From Zygophlyctis sp. KS116 (lineage: Eukaryota; Fungi; Chytridiomycota), in assembly GCA_054661495.1 (NCBI GenBank), contig BAAFSQ010000464.1, forward strand, positions 1 through 5,886: a DNA stretch of 5,886 nucleotides. The letters are read 5' to 3'. Made by a program: the position numbers and the translations under genes. Under the pieces are notes generated by a model that worked only from the letters and a program-made list of their open reading frames with translations, searched no databases and had not been told where the DNA came from. How positions within the stretch are numbered: position 1 is the stretch's first letter; every line of letters begins with the position of its first letter. Below, one piece after another: positions 1-5,302 of this stretch.

Positions 1-2
1 CT

Positions 3-140
3 AAAAACTCTATCGCACAATCTCTTGGACTGAAAAGTTGGAAATTGGACTTTTACAGACAAATCTCTACTTCCAATGCTCGCATTTGGTTTTATCTCTA
101 TGACTATGAGACTGGTATCCAGGAAACGTTTAAGATTTAA
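3..140 (+). CDS. Probable 3' end of a gene entering from the left edge (…KNSIAQSLGLKSWKLDFYRQISTSNARIWFYLYDYETGIQETFKI*), product unknown
   Basis: Frame 3 is open from the window edge to TAA at 138-140 (45 codons) with protein-like composition. It is convergent with the hydrolase gene. No family recognised. Confidence 0.45.
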   Translation, partial: KNSIAQSLGLKSWKLDFYRQISTSNARIWFYLYDYETGIQETFKI

Positions 141-369
141 AAAGTTGATCATTGATCTTTGACACCTTTTGTAGCTGTTTTTAGCCTGTTTTTTCCCAAC
201 TATGTCGGCTAATTATTCACCTAATGTTTTCTGAAAATCATTTACTCATTTATAGATAGTATAGACAAAAGAATTAATGATTGCCAATTAAAGTTTTAGA
301 TAACAATCTAGTCTCGAAATAATGCTTGTCTTGCACAATGACTTAACTATTGAAAGACAAACGTAATCT

Positions 370-2061
370 CTACTTTCTTCCTCTCCAATATTTGATCAAA
401 AAAGATAATAATGCAATTAATGATCCCAACTTCCATGGAGAAAAAAATGTCGGACGTAATAGCTGTTGACTCTGTGATTGTTGTCCACGATTTGAAAAAA
501 ACTTGATGGTTCTTGTTTGATTTTCAGGATTATCTGAATCTGGAAAATCAATTGATTCTTGCGTTTGCATAGATGTATGTTTATGCTTTATAGACTTGAA
601 TCCACTATTAAATTTCAAATCATCATTTTTAGGCAGAGAAGAAAATGCAACAGATAATGCTGCTAGAAATTCAGAGACTGGTTTTCCAAACCACCTTTTA
701 GGAAGGAAAAGGTTTGAATACCATCCTAAATGTCCCCCATAGCAAGTTGTTGCAATTATTATATGTGGATTGGCTATAATTTGTGAATATGGAATGATTT
801 TCCCTGGAACAATTGGATCATCTAGTGCATTCAAGCATAAAGTTGGTCGTTTGATATTCCCTAAAAAATGAAAACATGATCCTGACATTAGTATACTCTG
901 TAAAATTTACCTTTGTGGTAATAATCTTGAACTGATTCAAAATTAAATGTCTTTCTTGTAAAATGTTCATCAAATTCCATAATAGAACTAATTAGTTTTA
1001 AAAGCTCCAATATTTACCGCGAGTTAATAATTTTTGGTAAATCATACATTTCATTACCCTCAAAAACATGTAAGTGTTGTTTTAAAACCCGAATTAGATT
1101 TGTAGCAAGTCTTTGAGAGTATATGTTACGTTTTATAACAGAACTATGAACTTCAAAGTTTGTAGAAGTCAAATCAAACGGATTAGCAATAGATACAAGG
1201 CCTGAAAATGGACATTCTTCTCCCATTTCACCAGAATATTTTAGTAATATATTTGCCCCCATTGAAAATCCACATCCATACAAAATCACATCTTTTCCCA
1301 AAAGATTATGAACATATTCCACAACAATATTTAAATCTTTTGTATAAGAAGCAGAATATAACTGTGGAGTAGTTATTTTACTTTCTGAACATCCTCTAAA
1401 ATTAAAAACCAAAGACTGAAATCCATTTTGGGCAACCAGCTCAATAACATCTTGAATATATGACTCATGAGAACCACCTGTTAGCCCATGAAGAAGAATC
1501 AAGATTGGACCTGATGAACCCTTTTTCGGGATACTATTTTCCCAATCAACTATTTATAAGCCTTATAAAAGTACCTGAAATAACTCCACCATCTGGAGTT
1601 GTAAGAGTTACTCTAGAAAATGAAATCCTGTTTGCCTTGAACCATGATCCCATTAATGCTGCATAAATAGTCTGTGAATGACCAGACAAGAGCCATGGAG
1701 TAGGATAAAAAGTCCCATTAAACAGCGACGGACAATCTCTTTCTATCAGGTCCATTAAACCAATTTTAATCTTTTCATTCCCATTAGGATGAAGACATTC
1801 AATATTTACCGGAGAATAATGATGTCTAAATCTAATCGGCGCAGAAAACAAGAATATCAATAGCCAAATTAACCCAATCAGACAAATAATTCCAAACATT
1901 AACAATTTTGGATCATTTAAAAGCTCTAGCGTCATTTTTAGTATTTTTAAGGAATATTCATTCAGAACTGATCGATGTTTAATAGATTGTTCCATATAGT
2001 CAGATTTCCCCCATAATTTAGATATCCAATCCAGTCCATCCTGTCTAAAGTTCCAAAACAT
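370..2061 (-). CDS. Alpha/beta-hydrolase of the ABHD1/2/3 - yeast Eht1/Eeb1/Mgl2 - bacterial YheT family (esterase/lipase/acyltransferase); 4 exons: 2061-1575, 1549-1018, 987-911, 881-370; 535 aa
   Basis: Three ORF-track pieces plus a 77-nt exon join in frame (1608 nt) after removing three GT-AG introns. Family motifs: PTPWLLSGHSQTIYA, TPDGGVISVDW (restored by splicing), LLHGLTGGSHESYI, VFNFRGC, nucleophile elbow GFSMG, SIMEFDEHFT…DYY…S (restored), acid NALDDP, catalytic His GGHLGW. N-terminal hydrophobic helix at about aa 53-74. The start could instead be a downstream Met (M23 or M43). Confidence 0.93.
882..910 (-). other. Spliceosomal intron 3 of hydrolase (29 nt)
   Basis: GTAAATTTTACAGAGTATACTAATGTCAG, with a TACTAAT branch motif. 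Removal gives DYYHKGSCFHFLGNIKRPTL. Confidence 0.9.
988..1017 (-). other. Spliceosomal intron 2 of hydrolase (30 nt)
   Basis: GTAAATATTGGAGCTTTTAAAACTAATTAG, with an in-frame TAA and a CTAAT branch motif abutting TAG. Removal gives INSRSIMEFDEHFT. Confidence 0.9.
1550..1574 (-). other. Spliceosomal intron 1 of hydrolase (25 nt)
   Basis: GTACTTTTATAAGGCTTATAAATAG. Removal corrects a frameshift and creates the conserved DGG-x-I-x-x-DW motif. Confidence 0.9.
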
Positions 2062-2263
2062 TTCAGTCTTTTCTATCGGTCAAGGCCAAGGTTGTTTGTC
2101 TTTGTAATACCCAGTGTCCGATCTAATGATTAAAACAATAATTAATAAAATTAATGGGTCTGTAGAGTACAGAGCGGTGTTAATCTTGAGAATCTGTTAT
2201 CAGACAAATCGGAAAGTTTCAGATTATTTCGGACTTTTAAAAGACTTTCTGTTGATAAATAGA

Positions 2264-3334
2264 ATGGCTCCACAAACAATATTCATAAATGGATATAATA
2301 ATCATGGATCAAGATCAAACATTACCAGTAGAGATGCAAGATCAGTCGGTCTGGCGAATCCAATGATCCGTCCTCCAACATCAGAGATTGCAAGACAAGA
2401 TAAAATATGGGTTAAAGAATGGGCTCATTGGAGGCATTATGATGCTATTCTAACTTATAATTTTGATCAGACTGGAGTTTTACAATTATACAGGCATGAG
2501 CATGATACAGATCCACATCGCTTAATACAAATGACTGATTTTATTAAAGTATATCCTAGTAGAAATTCTAGTTGTAGATATGAATTTACAATTGAAGAGA
2601 AATCCGGACTTGAAATCGTTTTGGCATCTGATAATAATGGAGATAGATCAGCATGGATAACATCTTTCAATATGTTTATAAAAATGGATAGATTAGTATT
2701 AAATCTAGAATCATTTGATTCAATCTCAAATTTAGAAACTAAAAACATTGCCAAACAAGACTTTTCAACTGAAAAACAAGGTAATATCTTACTAAAGAGT
2801 GATTTGGATTTTATAAAGAATGAATTAACAATCATTAAAGAGCAACTAAAACCGAATCAAGAACCTGATTTACTAGTCAAAATATCAAATCAACTGGAAA
2901 AACAAAATACGTTATTAGAACAACTATTGTCTCCCAAATCTGTGTCTGCTTCTACTTTTGTGTCTGAAACTCTGACAAAGATCCCTGATAAATCAATCAG
3001 TTACTTAATTTCTACAATGAATGATAAACTAACTAGACTTTTATCTGCTATAGATTATGTCACGGATCGTCTTTCAACATGTTTAAAACGAGATCAAGAT
3101 ATTCTAAACAGTCAGACTCAGTTGGCAAATCAACTCGATAAGAATTATAGTCAACTTAAATCACTTTCAAATGCATTTTCAAACAGTTGTAAAGATAAAG
3201 GAACAAATATTATGGATAATATTGAAGATTTAGTTGCATTACTTGAAAAAAGATCAATTTACAAACCGACAATTGTGCACACTGGAAAATCTAAATCAAC
3301 AGACACCGTATTTGATGCTGAATTCCAAGAATAA
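2264..3334 (+). CDS. PH-like domain protein with C-terminal coiled-coil (356 aa from ATG 2264)
   Basis: Long open frame. Segment IARQDKIWVKEWAHWRHYDAILT…LQLY…YEFTIEEKSGLEIVLASDNNGDRSAWITSF has the PH strand pattern and the terminal-helix Trp. The C-terminal half has L/I/Q/K heptad character. The ORF track starts at GTG 2114; ATG 2264 (agaATGG) is the more plausible eukaryotic start, and ATG 2126 is also possible. Confidence 0.75.
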   Translation: MAPQTIFINGYNNHGSRSNITSRDARSVGLANPMIRPPTSEIARQDKIWVKEWAHWRHYDAILTYNFDQTGVLQLYRHEHDTDPHRLIQMTDFIKVYPSRNSSCRYEFTIEEKSGLEIVLASDNNGDRSAWITSFNMFIKMDRLVLNLESFDSISNLETKNIAKQDFSTEKQGNILLKSDLDFIKNELTIIKEQLKPNQEPDLLVKISNQLEKQNTLLEQLLSPKSVSASTFVSETLTKIPDKSISYLISTMNDKLTRLLSAIDYVTDRLSTCLKRDQDILNSQTQLANQLDKNYSQLKSLSNAFSNSCKDKGTNIMDNIEDLVALLEKRSIYKPTIVHTGKSKSTDTVFDAEFQE

Positions 3335-3638
3335 ATGATCATTTAAGTAATTGTCAGACAATTAACAATTATTGTCTGATGAGTGAATTTTTGATTTGAA
3401 ATCTGATCTCTGCGGCAATGGCAGTGGCATTACTAATGAGACTATTTATCTTCTGATAATGATAGCCGCCTGTTAATTTTTCAATAAAATCTCCTGGTAA
3501 ATACAAGAAACATGAAATAATCAGTCTTATTTCACAATTGGAAATAATTCGCTTTAGCAACGACTTTCTCTCAAGACGCAATCGCATGAATCAAGACTCT
3601 GATTTGCTCATACAATGCACAAGAGTAGTGTTCCGCAA

Positions 3639-3733
3639 CAAATCAAATTATTTGAGAACAAATTCAAATCTCCAACAACAAATCCAAATAGTGATTTTTT
3701 ACAAGTCAAATCATTTAGAATTTTAAAGATTTG
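3639..3733. repeat. Cluster of CAAAT pentamers (7 direct, 2 inverted), probable hAT subterminal repeats
   Basis: CAAAT at 3639, 3644, 3659, 3665, 3679, 3685, 3707; ATTTG at 3650 and 3729. Confidence 0.6.
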
Positions 3734-3734
3734 A

Positions 3735-3992
3735 TTAAATCCAAGATTTTAGACATTGACATGCGCGAACAGTTTCAGAAGACAATAAATTGCGTTTGTC
3801 TGTTATTAAATCCTTTCCACTTGAGAATGATCTCTCTGGACATGCAGAAGTACCGGGGATGGCGAGATAATCTCGTGCCATTCTGGATAAATTTAGATAT
3901 TTTTTAGAGTTGAATTTCCACCACATCAGAACATCATCAGTTTCTGTCCCTTCAAGTATTGTCCATAATTCGTCTTTTAATGGTGTCAGCAA
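3735..3992 (-). pseudogene. hAT transposase C-terminal dimerisation domain fragment (Dimer_Tnp_hAT-like)
   Basis: DVLMWWK…YLNLSRMARDYLAIPGTSACPERSFSSGKDLITDKRNLLSSETVRACQCLKSW matches the hAT consensus WW…P.L..MA.DYL.IPATS...ER.FS…R..L. No ATG at the 5' end, an in-frame stop lies just upstream, and there is no room for the DDE core. Confidence 0.9.
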
Positions 3993-4075
3993 TAGGAATT
4001 ACGTCTGCTTGTCTATAACAGATCTTTTACAGACTCTAAAAGACTTTAGAAATCAGAGCTCGGACGCGTTTAAAA

Positions 4076-4462
4076 ATGGGGATTCTCACGTCAATTTCAT
4101 CAATGGCTTCAAAGTATGGAGTTGCCTGGATTATAGTCACACAAACTCTTGCATGGATTACTTTTTTTGGAATATATGCCTGGCTTTACTATTATGATTT
4201 GGATGTGTCTCAATATTTAAAGAAATGGGGATATGACTCAGCGGAATTACTTTATGTTGCTGAAAAAGGTGGAATATTTGCTACAACTTTTGCTTTAAAT
4301 CGTCTATTGATGCCAATTAGATTAGGAATTTCAATGTTGATTCTACCGCTTATTGCTACACCCATCAATTTGTTTATTAAACCGTATTGGATATACTGGT
4401 TTCCTCCAAAGGCAGCTCCATACAAACCTCAAGTCATTAAAAAACTGCAAAAGGAAGAATGA
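4076..4462 (+). CDS. DUF1279 / FAM210-like small membrane protein (128 aa)
   Basis: The pattern SKYG + hydrophobic helix + DV…L + GGIFATTFALNRLLMPIRLGISMLILPLIA resembles the DUF1279 consensus (K.YG… G.FA.A.A..K…P.R…T…P). Good start context aaaaATGG; AATAAA at 4501. Confidence 0.75.
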   Translation: MGILTSISSMASKYGVAWIIVTQTLAWITFFGIYAWLYYYDLDVSQYLKKWGYDSAELLYVAEKGGIFATTFALNRLLMPIRLGISMLILPLIATPINLFIKPYWIYWFPPKAAPYKPQVIKKLQKEE

Positions 4463-4637
4463 TATTTTAAAATCCATTATATGCCAATCATTATACAATC
4501 AATAAAAGAACCAGATCTTTGTATAAACAATTTGGAAAGTAATATGAAATCATGAGAATTGCATTGATTTCAAACATGACATTCTACTCAATGATAAACT
4601 TGAGCACTGCTGATCTGCAATGCTGATATAAATAATT

Positions 4638-4974
4638 TAGATGATCCAACTATAGCCAATCCACATATTAAATTGCAACAGCATGCTATGGGGAACATTT
4701 AGGTCCATGGAAGTTGGGATCATTAATTGCAATAGTATCTTTTCTGATCAAATATTGGAGAGGAATAATTTAGAGATTACGTTTGTAATTTCACTAGTTA
4801 AGTCATTGTCCAAGACAAGCATTATTTCGAGACTAGATTGTTATCTAAAACTTTAATTTACAATCATTAATTCTTTTGTCTATACTATCTATAAATATGT
4901 GAATAATTAGCCGACGTAGTTGGGAAAAAACAGGCTAAAAACAGCTACAAAAGGTGTCAATCAACTTTTTAAAT
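4638..4974 (+). pseudogene. Inverted, deleted duplicate of hydrolase exon 4 plus downstream intergenic region (reverse complement of 824..135)
   Basis: Blocks: 4638-4649 = rc 813-824; 4651-4703 ~ rc 725-778; 4704-4896 ~ rc 248-439 (about 12 differences in 193 nt); 4899-4959 ~ rc 160-220 (1 mismatch); 4960-4974 = rc 135-149. The copy has a 1-nt frameshift and no start. Confidence 0.92.
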
Positions 4975-5201
4975 AGAAAGTTATATCCTTGATCAGCCTT
5001 GATTAAGTATCAGTTCCATATTAATAAACCACCGTGGCACATCTTCAGACACCGTAGTCGTTAAAGCATCATCGACGAGTTAATCTAAAATATGTCCGAA
5101 CACAATAATCGGACATTGAACACAAGTAGTGTAGAAAGAGCACCGAATGATACCATTTTATTTTAAAAAATGAAATTCTGTGATAAATTCATCCAAATAG
5201 T

Positions 5202-5270
5202 GTTCATTGTACTTAAAATCTACGTTCATTGTCATTCACTTATAATCTGAGTTCATTGTCATTCACTCAA
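5202..5270 (+). repeat. Imperfect tandem repeat, ~27-bp unit x ~2.7 (GTTCATTGTCATTCACTTATAATCTGA)
   Basis: GTTCATTGT starts at 5202, 5224 and 5251. GTTCATTGTCATTCACT is exact at 5224-5240 and 5251-5267. Confidence 0.85.
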
Positions 5271-5302
5271 GTTCGAGCTCAGTGGTTCGGTTCCTGAAAA
5301 AA

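Larger units (their letters stand above)
3626..3992 (-). mobile_element. Truncated hAT-superfamily DNA transposon remnant (3' end only)
   Basis: Contains the hAT dimerisation-domain coding remnant, then ~95 bp with 9 CAAAT/ATTTG repeats and a candidate terminus TAGTGTTCCGCA at 3626. Boundaries are inferred. No partner TIR or TSD was found in the window. Confidence 0.65.

Noticed and set aside
988-1017. Alternative genetic code or stop read-through to explain in-frame TAA (also 5403-5432)
   Set aside because: Both TAAs lie in GT-AG segments with CTAAT branch motifs whose removal restores motifs. Other breaks are frameshifts, and genes end at TAA, TAG and TGA.
1460-1666. ORF 68 aa on + strand
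   Set aside because: Antisense shadow of the hydrolase.
2467-2835. ORF 122 aa on - strand
   Set aside because: Antisense shadow of the PH-domain gene.
3538-3726. ORF 62 aa on + strand
   Set aside because: TTG start, and its N/Q-rich content comes from the CAAAT repeats.
4064-4069. MCB element ACGCGT
   Set aside because: A single copy only 6 nt from the ATG, with no cell-cycle rationale.
3910-4197. ORF 95 aa on + strand
   Set aside because: TTG start; it overlaps the hAT fragment antisense and DUF1279 out of frame.
135-4974. The long inverted repeat as the TIRs of a Mutator/Pack-MULE/foldback element carrying genes
   Set aside because: The flanks (…ACGTTTAAG and AGAAAGTTA…) show no target-site duplication. 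One arm is the hydrolase's own exon and UTR, and the other is a deleted derivative.
4704-4974. RIP-like mutation of the duplicated segment
   Set aside because: Differences are mostly transversions and indels, not directional C->T/G->A transitions.
4975-5090. Possible continuation of the duplicate into a paralogue of the left-edge gene
   Set aside because: Only patchy similarity (TCCTTGAT versus TCCTGGAT), the equivalent frame is closed, and there is no convincing protein match.
5191-5205. 11-12-bp exact matches (ATCCAAATAGTG 3682/5191; TAAAAGACTTT 2238/4037; CTTTTACAGAC 50/4024) and TAGTGTTC at 5198 as a second hAT end
   Set aside because: Several matches of this length are expected by chance in 6 kb of AT-rich DNA. 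TAGTGTTC is in direct, not inverted, orientation.
5202-5270. CRISPR-like mini array
   Set aside because: Units are contiguous with similar 10-13-nt linkers rather than unique spacers. The context is eukaryotic and there are no cas genes.
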